A DNA stretch of 32,000 bases from Coprobacillaceae bacterium (GCA_963675915.1 OY780959.1:1440001-1472000), one strand, 5' to 3'. Shown: positions 9,606 to 21,046, counted from the first letter of the stretch. Translations and numbers: made by a program. Notes: generated by a model not told the origin, from the letters alone.

Positions 9606-10559
9606 TTATCTATTTGAAATTGAAAATTTAATTGCTTCGAGCAGTTCCATGTTTTCGAGATGTTCTTTGAAATCATACATCGGACTTTCAATGTTCCCCT
9701 TGGCCGCATTTTCAATCACGGCTGCAATTTCCATCGTCATATCATCACCGACAATCGGGAATTCTTTCTTGATTGGTTCGATTCCCTCGGCTTCGATTGT
9801 ATATTCGGTGATCCGGTTGAACATCGGAATCATGATAGTTCCTTTGGTTCCGGTCAACAAGGCAAAACGTTCTTTGTTTTGATCGACGGCTCCCTCAAGC
9901 ACGGCCTCGACCCCGTTGGCAAATTTGATATCTGCTTGGAAATAGGTCGGGATATTGCCATCCATCCGGCTGTCAGTGCTGATTTCCTGGATATCACTAT
10001 CTATTAGCGCAGTTGTGAATGCACTCAGATATGGTCCGACATCATACAGTGCGCCTCCCTGGGTCTGATCGAACAGGTATGATCCGCTTTCCTTAAGGAA
10101 TGTGGCATCAAAGCAGAAATTAGCTTCAATTTTCTTAAGTTCTCCAATCATTCCAAGATCATCGATCAGCTGACCGATCCCGTCATTGTATCTTGTTTTC
10201 ATTGCTTCCGAGAAATATGTTTCATTGTCACGGGCCGTCTGAATGACATGTTCCAGCTCGCCAAGAGTCAAAACCGCCGGCTTTTCACTAAGAACCGGAA
10301 TTTTTCGCTCCAACGCTTTGATAATCCACTCATAGTGATACATATGCGGGAGGGCGATGTAGACCGCCTCAACATTGCTGTCTTCAAGCAGACTTTGATA
10401 ATCGCGATGAACTGCAACTTCAGGATGGCCCTGGAGATATTCATCATCTTCCTCTAGAGATTTTGAGGCAATTGCGACTACGTTTCCCCCATCAGTAAAT
10501 TCGATGCTTTTTACAAATTTGCGGGCTATTTTCCCAAACCCGATAATTCCAAAATTCAT
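9606..10559 (-). CDS. Gfo/Idh/MocA-family NAD(P)-dependent oxidoreductase
   Basis: 317-aa ORF. The N-terminal Rossmann motif is MNFGIIGFGKIARKF. EKP is conserved (LSEKPAVL). The SD is GGAAGGAG. Confidence 0.85.
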   Translation of the reverse strand: MNFGIIGFGKIARKFVKSIEFTDGGNVVAIASKSLEEDDEYLQGHPEVAVHRDYQSLLEDSNVEAVYIALPHMYHYEWIIKALERKIPVLSEKPAVLTLGELEHVIQTARDNETYFSEAMKTRYNDGIGQLIDDLGMIGELKKIEANFCFDATFLKESGSYLFDQTQGGALYDVGPYLSAFTTALIDSDIQEISTDSRMDGNIPTYFQADIKFANGVEAVLEGAVDQNKERFALLTGTKGTIMIPMFNRITEYTIEAEGIEPIKKEFPIVGDDMTMEIAAVIENAAKGNIESPMYDFKEHLENMELLEAIKFSISNR

Positions 10560-10684
10560 TAAACCACTCCTTCCATATTATTTATATCATATATCCAAGC
10601 CGATTGGGGCCAGATTCCAAATCAGGAAAATTAGTCCCAAAACAGAGCCGCCCAAACGACGATTTCCGGACTAAAAGTCCAATT

Positions 10685-10712
10685 AAAAAAGCAGGGGAGC
10701 ATACTCCTCTGC
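10685..10712 (-). terminator. Probable terminator after the ROK kinase gene
   Basis: The minus strand reads GCAGAGGAG-uaug-CUCCCCUGC (one mismatch) followed by T6. Confidence 0.55.
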
Positions 10713-10722
10713 CTAAGTCATA

Positions 10723-11619
10723 TTATTTCTTCTCAATTACATTTTGATAATTATACAGCGCCCCGATCAGATTGGCGTCATTGAAGAACTTGCATGTCAG
10801 TATCTCCGGCTTTTTGATTGCACTGAAACGAGGAATGAACTGACGATCCACCGCTGCCTTGATCAGCTCAAGCATCATCGGTTCCTGCGAAATTCCTCCG
10901 CCGATAACGATACATTCAACATCAAGAATTGCCTGCATGTTGAAGAAATGGAAGGCCAATTTGTCACAGAAGTTATTGACTCCGGCAAGGACTTCCAGAT
11001 TTCCTTCCCGGATCATCTTGAACGCCTCAATCCCGGTCACATTTTCAAGACCGGCCGCCTTGAATATTTCTTTTTTCAGCCCACGAATCCCGTTGGTTCC
11101 TGCAAACATTTCGTGATAGTCACCTGGATTATTCACATTTCCCAAAATGAACGAGAATTCCCCGGCCGAAAAATGGTTTCCTTTATGCAGTTTCCCATTG
11201 ATGATTACCGCTCCACCAATACCGGTTCCCAGTACCGTCACGATTGCATTGTCAACTCCCTGAAGATTCCCGTATCCCATTTCAGCCAGAGCTGCGGCTT
11301 TGGCATCATTGCAGATAGCGACATTAATCCCCAGATATTCTTTCAACTGGTCAGCCAAATCCTCATTGACGATATATTCCAAGGCCCCACCGGTATAGGC
11401 AACCCCTTTTTCATTATCGATCACTCCCGGCATGGAAATCGCCAGCCCTTCAACTTTCATGTCGCAATTATCCAAAATCGCTTTAATATCCTGGAAAAGG
11501 TTTTCCTTGGAATCAAGCGGGGTTGGAACACTCCCTTTGGAAATCACGTCCAGATTTTCATCAATCACCCCATATTTGATGGCACTACCACCAATATCAA
11601 TTGTCAGATATTTTTTCAT
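10723..11619 (-). CDS. ROK-family sugar kinase (beta-glucoside/glucose kinase-like)
   Basis: 298-aa ORF. The N-terminal ATP-binding motif is LTIDIGGSAIKYGVID. The ROK-type stretch GTGIGGAVIINGKLHKGNHFSAGEFS is present. The gene sits directly downstream of a GH1 phospho-beta-glucosidase. Confidence 0.85.
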   Translation of the reverse strand: MKKYLTIDIGGSAIKYGVIDENLDVISKGSVPTPLDSKENLFQDIKAILDNCDMKVEGLAISMPGVIDNEKGVAYTGGALEYIVNEDLADQLKEYLGINVAICNDAKAAALAEMGYGNLQGVDNAIVTVLGTGIGGAVIINGKLHKGNHFSAGEFSFILGNVNNPGDYHEMFAGTNGIRGLKKEIFKAAGLENVTGIEAFKMIREGNLEVLAGVNNFCDKLAFHFFNMQAILDVECIVIGGGISQEPMMLELIKAAVDRQFIPRFSAIKKPEILTCKFFNDANLIGALYNYQNVIEKK

Positions 11620-11706
11620 TCATATTCTCCCCTTTTAATGTGATATTAAAATTATAGACCATCACTGCTCCATTTGCAACTATGATAGAAAAAAGGGCTT
11701 TCGCCC

Positions 11707-13122
<1,416 letters not shown>

Positions 13123-13210
13123 CTATTAGAAATGAGCAATCCCGTTTTTTCAATATATAAAAAGCCCTTTCATAATCAGAAAATTGGCGATCAGTCATGA
13201 TTTGAGGCCC

Positions 13211-13246
13211 AAGAAAAGACCACATCAGTGGAGGTTGATGTGGTCT
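13211..13246 (-). terminator. Intrinsic terminator ending the rha-fucO operon
   Basis: The minus strand reads AGACCACATCA-loop-TGATGTGGTCT (11-bp stem) followed by TTTTCTT. Confidence 0.8.
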
Positions 13247-13315
13247 GAAGGTTTATAAAAGATTAATAATGATTAGTAATGGGCAATTGCTAAATAGATA
13301 GATATTGGCAGTATC

Positions 13316-14470
13316 TTATCCGTTGTATGCTTTTTTGTATACTTCAAGAATTTCTTCGCTGACACATGGACGAGGATTCCCGCCAGTGCAGACATCAGCC
13401 ATAGCAGCATCAGTCAAGGCTTCAAGATCTTCTTCTTTAACGCCGATTTCTTTTAAAGTTTGAGGAATTCCACAGTCTTTAGACAGTTGGATTACCGCGT
13501 CAATGGCAGCTTGACGATATTCATCCTGAGTCATCCCGGCAGTATCGACACCCATAACTTCAGCGATGTCTTTGAATTTTTCTCCAGTGAAATCTTTGTT
13601 GTATTCCATAACATATGGCAGCAATACTGCGTTGGCAACTCCATGAGGAGTATCATAGAAAGCACTTAATGGATGCGCCATCCCGTGGACAACACCTAAC
13701 CCGACATTCGAGAATGCCATTCCGGTAACGTATTGACCCAAAGCCATGTCCTCACGACCTTTGGCATCATTGTCACAAGCTTTACGCAAGCTTCTGGCAA
13801 TCAATTCAATTGCTTTAAGATTCAGGGTATCCGCCAATTCCCAAGCAGCTAAAGTAGTATAACCTTCGATTGCATGAGTCAAAGCATCCAAACCAGTTGC
13901 TGCAGTCAGACCTTTTGGCATTGATGCCATCATATCCGGATCGACAACAGCTACAACCGGGATATCATGAGGATCGACACATACGAATTTACGTTTGTTT
14001 TCAACGTCAGTGATAACATAGTTGATTGTAGTTTCAGCAGCAGTACCGGCAGTAGTAGCTACCGCGATGATTGGCACGCATTTGTTTTTAGTTGGCGCAA
14101 CACCTTCAAGTGAACGCACATCAGCGAATTCCGGATTGTTTACGATGATCCCGATTGCTTTTGAGGTATCCTGTGGCGAACCACCACCGATTGCGATCAT
14201 GTAATCAGCACCGCTTTCTTTGAATTTGGCTACCCCGGCTTGAACTACTTCGATTGATGGGTTTGCAACAACTTCATCAAAGATTTCGTAAGCAAGTCCC
14301 GCTTCATCAAGAAGATCGGTAACTTTTTTAACCACATTGAATTTAACCAAGTCTTTGTCAGTAACAATCAATGCTTTTTTGAATTGTCTTGTTTTTGCTT
14401 CAGTGACGATTTCGTTAATCGCTCCGCTTCCATGATAACTTGTTTCGTTTAAGATAAATCTGTTTGCCAT
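13316..14470 (-). CDS. fucO: Lactaldehyde reductase / 1,2-propanediol oxidoreductase (iron-containing ADH family)
   Basis: 384-aa ORF. It reads MANRFILNETSYHGSGAI..., with the Fe-ADH motifs GGGSPQDTSKAI and THAIEGY..., and the His cluster GVVHGMAHPL. It follows rhaD after a 14-nt gap. Confidence 0.85.
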   Translation of the reverse strand: MANRFILNETSYHGSGAINEIVTEAKTRQFKKALIVTDKDLVKFNVVKKVTDLLDEAGLAYEIFDEVVANPSIEVVQAGVAKFKESGADYMIAIGGGSPQDTSKAIGIIVNNPEFADVRSLEGVAPTKNKCVPIIAVATTAGTAAETTINYVITDVENKRKFVCVDPHDIPVVAVVDPDMMASMPKGLTAATGLDALTHAIEGYTTLAAWELADTLNLKAIELIARSLRKACDNDAKGREDMALGQYVTGMAFSNVGLGVVHGMAHPLSAFYDTPHGVANAVLLPYVMEYNKDFTGEKFKDIAEVMGVDTAGMTQDEYRQAAIDAVIQLSKDCGIPQTLKEIGVKEEDLEALTDAAMADVCTGGNPRPCVSEEILEVYKKAYNG

Positions 14471-14484
14471 TTCCTTATTCTCCC

Positions 14485-15312
14485 TTATTTTTCAAATAAA
14501 AATTCTTCTGGTAATGTAACATTGAAATCGTTTGCCAGTTGTTTGAACTCTCCTACTTGGATTGTTTGCAGTTTAGTAGGTTGGATTGATAATACTTTAA
14601 CCAGGATTTCCGCTGATTTTTCAACTGTGTGCATCAAACCGAAAGTAAGATCAAAGTCTTCTCCTGAACAGAACATTCCATGATGAGCCCAGATGGCAAC
14701 ATCATATTTTTCCATCAGTTTTGAAGTCGCAACTGCGATTTCACGTCCACCAGGAACCATCCAAGGAACCATTCCGACCCCAGCTGGGAATACAACCGGA
14801 CATTCAGTTGCCATTTCCCATAATTCACGAGTGAAGATCTCATCTTTAAGTGGTAAGACGAATGTCAATGCGATCACATTGGTAGTATGAGCATGATAAA
14901 TTACGCGGTGAGTTCCATTTGAAGCCGCTTTTTTAACAGCATGGTTCATCAAATGTGATGGAAGTTCACTGGTTGGTTTACCTCCGTCATTAAGTCCCCA
15001 TTGAATTTGGTATTTAGTTCCTGTTTCATCGATTTTGATGATAGCGATATTGTTTTCAGGATCCAAAGCCACATTACGGAAATATTTCCCTGATCCGGTA
15101 ACCAGGAAATATTCATTTGCCAGGCTAGGAACTTCTGTTCCGATTTCCACCCAGGCACCATCTGTTTTCATCATTGATAAAACTGGTGCGATTTCTTCGT
15201 CTTTGACACGGTAAGTAAGGTTCCCCCCGTTTCTTTCATGCCATCCTTGATTGAATCCGTCATCACATAATCTGATGAACCCAGTAATAAATTCTAATTT
15301 TAAAATATCCAT
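14485..15312 (-). CDS. rhaD: Rhamnulose-1-phosphate aldolase
   Basis: I prefer the start at ATG 15312 (MDILKLEFITGFIRLCDDGFNQGWHERNGGNLTYR...). It has an AAGAGGAG SD and sits 1 nt after the rhaA stop, whereas the track start at 15348 would overlap rhaA. The class II aldolase His motifs are present (HAHTTN, HHGMF). Confidence 0.9.
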   Translation of the reverse strand: MDILKLEFITGFIRLCDDGFNQGWHERNGGNLTYRVKDEEIAPVLSMMKTDGAWVEIGTEVPSLANEYFLVTGSGKYFRNVALDPENNIAIIKIDETGTKYQIQWGLNDGGKPTSELPSHLMNHAVKKAASNGTHRVIYHAHTTNVIALTFVLPLKDEIFTRELWEMATECPVVFPAGVGMVPWMVPGGREIAVATSKLMEKYDVAIWAHHGMFCSGEDFDLTFGLMHTVEKSAEILVKVLSIQPTKLQTIQVGEFKQLANDFNVTLPEEFLFEK

Positions 15313-15313
15313 G

Positions 15314-16570
15314 TTAAGCTCCTCTTTTTGATAATACTTCTTCTTCATACGCTTCGATTTCTTTAAACCAATCGAAGTAAGTTGGTAATCCGTTTTTCTC
15401 CATATAGTAGTTCCATACGTCGGCCATCGGATATGTTTTCAATTCTTCCTGGATTGCCATGATTTTGGTGAAGTTTCCTTCATCCTGCAATTTTGACAGC
15501 AATTCATTTGGCATCAATAAGGCATTAAGCATTGCTTTTTGCATATTGTGCATTCCCACTACCCAAGCACTGATTCTGTTGATGCTGGCATCGAAGAAAT
15601 CCAGACCTAACAAGACACGATCCATAGCATCATTGCGGACGATTTCTTTGGCAATTTCCTTTGTTTCATCATCGAAAAGAACCACGTGGTCACTGTCCCA
15701 TCTAACCGGACGAGTAACATGCAAAGCCACCTTGTCATTGAACAGCAGCATCGCCGACAATTTGTCAGAAACAACTTCGGTTGGATGATAGTGTCCGTTG
15801 TCCATCAATGGTACGATATCAGCTTCTTTGGCATAGTTGATTGTGAATTCGCTTGAACCAACTGTATATGATTCCATCCCGATTCCAAATACTTTGGATT
15901 CTAGACAAACCAATACTTTTTCTTTGTCATAATCGATTGCCAGAATTTCATCAAGAGATTCCTTGAATCTTCTTCTTGGCGCCATGCGGTCACCAGGAAT
16001 ATCTTTCATTCCATCAGGAATCCAGATGTTCATCAAACATGGAGTTCCCAATTCATTTGCGAAATATTCACTGATTCGAATACACGCTTGACAGTGTTTG
16101 ATCCAGAAATCACGGATTTTTTGATCAGGTGATGAAAGAGTCAATCCCGCTGCTTTTGGATGAGAGAAGATTGTTGGATTGAAATCCAGTCCCAGTCCTC
16201 TTTCTTTGGCATACTCAACCCATTTGGCGAAATGTTTTGGTTCCAGAGCATCACGGTCAACTGTTTCCCCATCTTCAAAAATCGCATACGATGCATGAAG
16301 ATTGATGCGGTGTTTACCGGCAGTCAGTGAAAGTACTTTGTCGATGTCAGCCATCAACTCAGCTGGAGTAGTTGCTTTTCCCGGGTAATTCCCAGTTGTT
16401 TGAATTCCTCCAGAAAGGGCTCCGGCTCCGTCGAATCCGACTACGTCATCACCTTGCCAGCAGTGCATTGAGATTGGGAAACTGTCAAGTTTTGCCAATG
16501 CTCCATCAACATCGATTCCCATTCCTTCATAAATTTTCTTTGCTTCTAAATATTTGTTTTCTAAGCTCAT
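15314..16570 (-). CDS. rhaA: L-rhamnose isomerase
   Basis: 418-aa ORF of the same length class as characterised RhaA. Typical stretches are present ([33 protein letters not shown]). Confidence 0.9.
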   Translation of the reverse strand: MSLENKYLEAKKIYEGMGIDVDGALAKLDSFPISMHCWQGDDVVGFDGAGALSGGIQTTGNYPGKATTPAELMADIDKVLSLTAGKHRINLHASYAIFEDGETVDRDALEPKHFAKWVEYAKERGLGLDFNPTIFSHPKAAGLTLSSPDQKIRDFWIKHCQACIRISEYFANELGTPCLMNIWIPDGMKDIPGDRMAPRRRFKESLDEILAIDYDKEKVLVCLESKVFGIGMESYTVGSSEFTINYAKEADIVPLMDNGHYHPTEVVSDKLSAMLLFNDKVALHVTRPVRWDSDHVVLFDDETKEIAKEIVRNDAMDRVLLGLDFFDASINRISAWVVGMHNMQKAMLNALLMPNELLSKLQDEGNFTKIMAIQEELKTYPMADVWNYYMEKNGLPTYFDWFKEIEAYEEEVLSKRGA

Positions 16571-16584
16571 ATATATCTCCTCGT

Positions 16585-17961
16585 TTAATAGATCTTAATA
16601 TCGAATGAATCGTGAATCATTTGGCGACCGGCTTCGAGATCTTCGATAACCCCGTCACTGATCAGCTGGCTGAGAATATTACCCAGCGCGGTAGCTTCGA
16701 TCGGACCGGCCACGACTTTCTTGTTGCAAGTAGCACTGATCATTTCATTAAGCAGCACATTCTGGCATCCTCCGCCGATGATGTTGACTGCTTCATAAGT
16801 ACGGTTGGTGATTGCTTCTAGTTGTTCGATTGCTTCTTTGTAGCTGTAAGCGAGCGAATTGTAGACACAATATGCCATTTCTCCGGTTGTCTTTGGATAG
16901 TCTAGATTACGTTCCTTGAAGTAAGCGATGATTTCATCGGCCATGTTCTCAGGTTTCAAGAAACGGTCATCATTGACATCGAACACTCCTTCAAACGGTT
17001 CCTTGCGGGCTAGTTCCACCAACTCGCCAAAAGTGTATTTTCCAGCGTATTCGCGGGCAACTTCCTGGATGATCCACAGTCCCATGATGTTTTTAAGGAA
17101 ACGGTAGCGGTAGCCATACCCACCTTCATTGGTGAAATTGGCTTCCCTTGCTTCATTTGTGACAATCGGATCAAGAGTTTCAATTCCCAGCAAAGACCAG
17201 GTTCCCGATGAAAGGATGACACTGTCTTTTTCAATGCTGGCCATATAGGCGCTTCCGGTATCATGAGTAGCCGGTACCACGACCTCACAGTCGAATCCGA
17301 TTTCCTCTTTGATTGCCTCGCAAAAACCACCGATGTTGGTTCCCGGCATCACCATTTTCTTGAAAATGCTTTTGTCCATCCCGGTCAGGCCGACCAGTTC
17401 ATCATCCAGTTCGTTGGTTTGGATGTTTAACATCTGGGTTGTCGACATGTTCGTGTACTCATTGACCATCGCTCCGGTTAACAGGTAATTGAGATAGTCA
17501 GGTACCATCAGATAGTGACAAGCTGATTTGCGGGTTTCATCACTGTCGCTGGCCAGCTGATAAAGGGTATTGAATTTTTGGAATTGGATTCCGGTCTTTC
17601 CATAAAGCTGTTCCAACGGCATCTGGTCAAAAATAGCTTTGACTCCCACTTCGGTACGGCTGTCGCGATATGCATATACTCCGTTGATCAGGTTTTCATC
17701 CTGGTCAAGCAGGGCATAATCGACGGCCCAGGTATCGATTGCCATTGTTTTGGGGATCTTGGCTAGTTTGGCACATTCTTTAAGACCAGCTTTGATCTGT
17801 TCAAAAAGATACTCGATATCCCAATGATAATGTCCTTCTTTTTTTACTACATTGTTTTTGAAACGATATACTTCTTCGAGTTCCAGTTTGTTGTTGTTGA
17901 CGTGACACAAAATATGGCGTCCGCTGGAAGCTCCGATATCTATTGCTAAGTAATAATTCAT
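16585..17961 (-). CDS. rhaB: Rhamnulokinase (FGGY carbohydrate kinase family)
   Basis: 458-aa ORF. The N-terminus is [19 protein letters not shown] motifs are present ([14 protein letters not shown]). It lies immediately upstream of rhaA. Confidence 0.9.
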   Translation of the reverse strand: MNYYLAIDIGASSGRHILCHVNNNKLELEEVYRFKNNVVKKEGHYHWDIEYLFEQIKAGLKECAKLAKIPKTMAIDTWAVDYALLDQDENLINGVYAYRDSRTEVGVKAIFDQMPLEQLYGKTGIQFQKFNTLYQLASDSDETRKSACHYLMVPDYLNYLLTGAMVNEYTNMSTTQMLNIQTNELDDELVGLTGMDKSIFKKMVMPGTNIGGFCEAIKEEIGFDCEVVVPATHDTGSAYMASIEKDSVILSSGTWSLLGIETLDPIVTNEAREANFTNEGGYGYRYRFLKNIMGLWIIQEVAREYAGKYTFGELVELARKEPFEGVFDVNDDRFLKPENMADEIIAYFKERNLDYPKTTGEMAYCVYNSLAYSYKEAIEQLEAITNRTYEAVNIIGGGCQNVLLNEMISATCNKKVVAGPIEATALGNILSQLISDGVIEDLEAGRQMIHDSFDIKIY

Positions 17962-18003
17962 ATTTCCACCTCAACTACAGTATAAAAAAAAACAGCCCCC
18001 GAT

Positions 18004-18032
18004 ATAATATCGTGAGTTGTTTTATTTATTAA
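18004..18032 (-). promoter_or_regulatory. Candidate activator-dependent promoter of rhaBAD-fucO
   Basis: The minus strand reads TTAATA (18032-18027), a 17-nt spacer, then TATTAT (18009-18004). The weak -35 is compatible with AraC-type activation. Confidence 0.35.
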
Positions 18033-18082
18033 CCTATTTTGCAACGGAACCGTTTACACCGACTTATCGGTCACAGTTGTTA

Positions 18083-19078
18083 TTAATTGTTTCCTAAAGC
18101 CCGGTTTTGGCGGTAATCTTTCGGTTTCAGGCCGTATTTACGGCTGAAAATCTTGTAAAAATAAGTCATATTATCATAACCGACCTCCCTGATTATTGAC
18201 GCAACTGGTAAATTGGTCGTTTTAAGCAGATTGGCCGCCTGGGTCAGTCGCACTTCCTGAACCAGCTGTTTGAAAGTCTTGTTGGTGGCTTTTTTTACCA
18301 GCTTGCAGATTTTATAATCCGGTTGGTTGATTTGTTTTGAAAGTTCCACCAGCGTTGCATCCTGATAATTCTGTTCGATGTATTTATAGATGCTTGAAAC
18401 CACCATTTTATCATAACTGTCTTGCGTATACGTTTCAGTCAGCTCGGGATAGTACATCAAATCGGTAAGCAACAGTCCCACCAGCAGTTTCAAGGTCACC
18501 AGACTGGGATTCTTCCCGGAATAGAGGTTGTTGATGATCTCCTCGACGTCCCGTTGGATCTTATCGATGGCCGCCACCTTGAACATCAAATATTCGCCAT
18601 TATGGTCCGAAGAAAAGAGCGAGTTGAAAATGAATTTGTTGATCTCATTGTCTTCATCGATCATCGTTGAAAGAAAATCGAGGAAATCCGGTTTGATGAT
18701 GAAATTGAAGATGATGTCGTTTTCACCGCAATAGTCGATCGAATGTTCGATATTCTGATTTAACAGCAGCAAATCGCCCTCCTTGATGACAATTTCATTG
18801 CCCTCGATATGGTGGGTCATCTGGCCGGAGTAGACGTACATCAGTTCAAGATAGTTGTGACGATGAAGCGGATACTCCATGAACCGCGAATGTTTCCGGA
18901 TTGCCAGCTGTTCATTGTCACCGAGAATCTTGTTGGCATCGATGATATTGGAATCATCATTCAAGAAGATGCTCAAATCGATCATCTTCTTATTGTTGAG
19001 ATTGTCGATTTCTTCATCATTGAAGCAAATCAGTTTTTCAAGAATATCTTTGGAAATCAATGTCCGGCCCTCCTTCAT
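18083..19078 (-). CDS. AraC-family transcriptional regulator (cupin sensor plus HTH), probable rhamnose regulator
   Basis: There is a C-terminal double HTH (..TLVELSKQINQPDYKICKLVKK..., ..VASIIREVGYDNMTYFYKIFSRKYGLKPKDYR). The N-terminal cupin reads PLHRHNYLELMYVYSG. The start is uncertain: either ATG 19078, or TTG 19060, which lies 8 nt after an AAGGAGG SD. The track start at 19102 lies upstream of the probable TSS. Confidence 0.8.
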   Translation of the reverse strand: MKEGRTLISKDILEKLICFNDEEIDNLNNKKMIDLSIFLNDDSNIIDANKILGDNEQLAIRKHSRFMEYPLHRHNYLELMYVYSGQMTHHIEGNEIVIKEGDLLLLNQNIEHSIDYCGENDIIFNFIIKPDFLDFLSTMIDEDNEINKFIFNSLFSSDHNGEYLMFKVAAIDKIQRDVEEIINNLYSGKNPSLVTLKLLVGLLLTDLMYYPELTETYTQDSYDKMVVSSIYKYIEQNYQDATLVELSKQINQPDYKICKLVKKATNKTFKQLVQEVRLTQAANLLKTTNLPVASIIREVGYDNMTYFYKIFSRKYGLKPKDYRQNRALGNN

Positions 19079-19103
19079 ATGTCGCGCAACTGTAACTATC
19101 AAG

Positions 19104-19112
19104 ATTATATCA
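19104..19112 (-). promoter_or_regulatory. Extended -10 promoter element for the AraC regulator
   Basis: The minus strand reads TGaTATAAT. No good -35 is present. Confidence 0.4.
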
Positions 19113-19145
19113 TATTTGGGCCTCGCAACCCAAAAATTGTAACAA

Positions 19146-19169
19146 GAAAAAGCAGGGATTTCCCCTGCT
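19146..19169 (-). terminator. Intrinsic terminator after the anchored esterase gene
   Basis: The minus strand reads AGCAGGG-gaaat-CCCTGCT followed by TTTTC. Confidence 0.8.
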
Positions 19170-19174
19170 TTGGA

Positions 19175-21016
19175 TTATGCTTTTTTAGTACGTTTAACCA
19201 GAATGTAGGCAACAACTGCTACTACTGCCACTCCACCGACAATCACAATCGGATTGATTGGTGAAGAAGTATCTTCAGTTACGAATTTAACTGCTCCGGT
19301 TTCGGTATCTCTTTGATAGTTATCCATGAAATCATAGATATAAGCCGCTTCCGGTTTGTAGTTCCAGTGAGCCAGATCTTTAACCGCTGCCAATTGAATC
19401 ATGACACCTTCATCGTTAGATAATGTACCAACCATCATAGTCTTGTCACCAAGCATTTCTTCATGCCAGTTATCAAGAGCCATACCATAATATTCGTTGG
19501 CAGTCATATCCATCTCAGTCACTTCAAAGCCATTTATTTTTTGATAAGCCTGTAAAGCTGGATAAATATTGGTAGCCGAATCCATTTGCCAGATATTGGC
19601 TCCACCATCAGTCAATTCAGTCAGACCATGAGTACTTGATCCGTCAACCGGAATCATTTGGAAGAAGTCATGATCACCACAAAGGTACAGATATGGAGTC
19701 GGATTTCCTTGATAGTCTTCAATCAAAGTCTGGATTTCATCATTATAAACGTTAACCCCAGAGTTTACTCCGACTGCCGCGAACACATCGCTGTATTTGA
19801 TTCCCAGTAATGATGATTTAGCCCCACCTTGAGACAACCCGTTAAGGTAAATTCTTGAGGTATCGATTTGTGGATATTTAACTTCCAGATCTTTGATCAG
19901 GTTGATTACCCCTTCATCACCTAGACCATCACCACCGAAGAAGTTGTTTTCAGTTGCATCCTGATATTCTGGTGAAACCAAGATAAAGTTTTTCTCAGCT
20001 GCCAATTCAGCCCATCCTGAGGCATCACCTTGAAGACGAGGATCGTTTTGGTTACCATGTAATGAAATTACCAATGGTACCGTACCATCACTGCTGGCCA
20101 TTGCTGTGTCCGGAATATATTCAAACCAAGTATAAGCTCCTGGCATGTTTGATACCGGTTGATCAAACATTTGATTATAAGTGATTCCCAAATCTTCAAA
20201 TTGAGGGATTTCTACCAATGTGTATGGCTCGAATACACCTTCTAATACACTACCAACGAAGTTAACTCCGACAATCGGCATGTTGTAGAATTCAGTAATT
20301 GAAATGTGATGTCTGTAGTTTTTCGAGAAAACCGCATCCCAGGCATTGGCGAACGCTTCAGCCAAAGTTTCTTCCCCGGCTGCCACACCAACTTGTTGTA
20401 GAGGTGCCGCTGAATTCACTTCCAGGCTATAGTTGTCCATTGATTCAGTCTTGTCAGTTGCATTGGCTTGTTTGTAATAAGCTACTGCTCCTTCGCTTTG
20501 CCCGCTCAAATATGCCGGTACGGAAACATTGTAATCCAAACCTTCATTCATTTCGCCACCGTATACCATGATCCCGGCAACAAAATAACAATTCTGACTT
20601 ACATAGTTGTTGACGAAAGTAGCTCCGTCTTCAATCCCGATAACTTTGACGTTTTTAGCGATTCCCACCGAACCGATAAAAGCATCCAGGTCGTCTTGGG
20701 TATATTCAGTTCCATTAGCCGGTGAAACCACATGAACTTCAGCCGCCCACTCTTGAATGTTGTCAAGCATTCCCAATTCATCAATCAGGCTGTTTGCTTC
20801 TTCAGTTGTTTTGTTTCCAGCGAAAATGTAGTAAGTCGGCGTCATTAAATCACTGTAAATAGAAGTATATCCGTCTTCATAAGCCTTATAGCTTGAAGTT
20901 GAAGCGCTTACATCGCTTGGGCTAAAAATATTGGCAGCTGCATCTACATTGCTTACCGACATAAGTGCACCAGCCATCATTGACATTGCTAAAAAGATAT
21001 TTAATTTTTTTCTCAT
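19175..21016 (-). CDS. Exported, C-terminally membrane-anchored esterase (PHB-depolymerase/feruloyl-esterase-like alpha/beta hydrolase) with an unassigned N-terminal domain
   Basis: 613-aa ORF. The signal peptide is MRKKLNIFLAMSMMAGALMSVSNVDAA. The hydrolase core is LVISLHGNQND...LNGLSQGGAKSS...CGDHDF. The C-terminal TM segment plus basic tail is IVIVGGVAVVAVVAYILVKRTKKA, with no LPXTG. The SD is GAGGAG. Confidence 0.7.
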   Translation of the reverse strand: MRKKLNIFLAMSMMAGALMSVSNVDAAANIFSPSDVSASTSSYKAYEDGYTSIYSDLMTPTYYIFAGNKTTEEANSLIDELGMLDNIQEWAAEVHVVSPANGTEYTQDDLDAFIGSVGIAKNVKVIGIEDGATFVNNYVSQNCYFVAGIMVYGGEMNEGLDYNVSVPAYLSGQSEGAVAYYKQANATDKTESMDNYSLEVNSAAPLQQVGVAAGEETLAEAFANAWDAVFSKNYRHHISITEFYNMPIVGVNFVGSVLEGVFEPYTLVEIPQFEDLGITYNQMFDQPVSNMPGAYTWFEYIPDTAMASSDGTVPLVISLHGNQNDPRLQGDASGWAELAAEKNFILVSPEYQDATENNFFGGDGLGDEGVINLIKDLEVKYPQIDTSRIYLNGLSQGGAKSSLLGIKYSDVFAAVGVNSGVNVYNDEIQTLIEDYQGNPTPYLYLCGDHDFFQMIPVDGSSTHGLTELTDGGANIWQMDSATNIYPALQAYQKINGFEVTEMDMTANEYYGMALDNWHEEMLGDKTMMVGTLSNDEGVMIQLAAVKDLAHWNYKPEAAYIYDFMDNYQRDTETGAVKFVTEDTSSPINPIVIVGGVAVVAVVAYILVKRTKKA

Positions 21017-21046
21017 ACTCTTCTCCTCAATTTCTTAATTAGGGGA

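Noticed and set aside
10744-11643. 299-aa plus-strand ORF almost exactly coextensive with the ROK kinase gene.
   Set aside because: It is codon-aligned antisense to a gene with clear ROK motifs. It is open only because the sense gene lacks TTA, CTA and TCA codons. It has no SD, and the predicted protein has no recognisable motif.
15313-15348. Longer rhaD ORF starting at 15348 and overlapping rhaA by 35 nt.
   Set aside because: The internal ATG at 15312 has a strong SD, sits 1 nt past the rhaA stop, and gives the expected RhaD length of about 275 aa.
17975-18016. Hairpin CGATAT-t-ATATCG followed, 7 nt later, by a T9 run upstream of rhaB, as a terminator or attenuator.
   Set aside because: The stem is short and AT-rich, it is separated from the T-run, and it overlaps the best -10 candidate. 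It is more likely plain promoter-region sequence.
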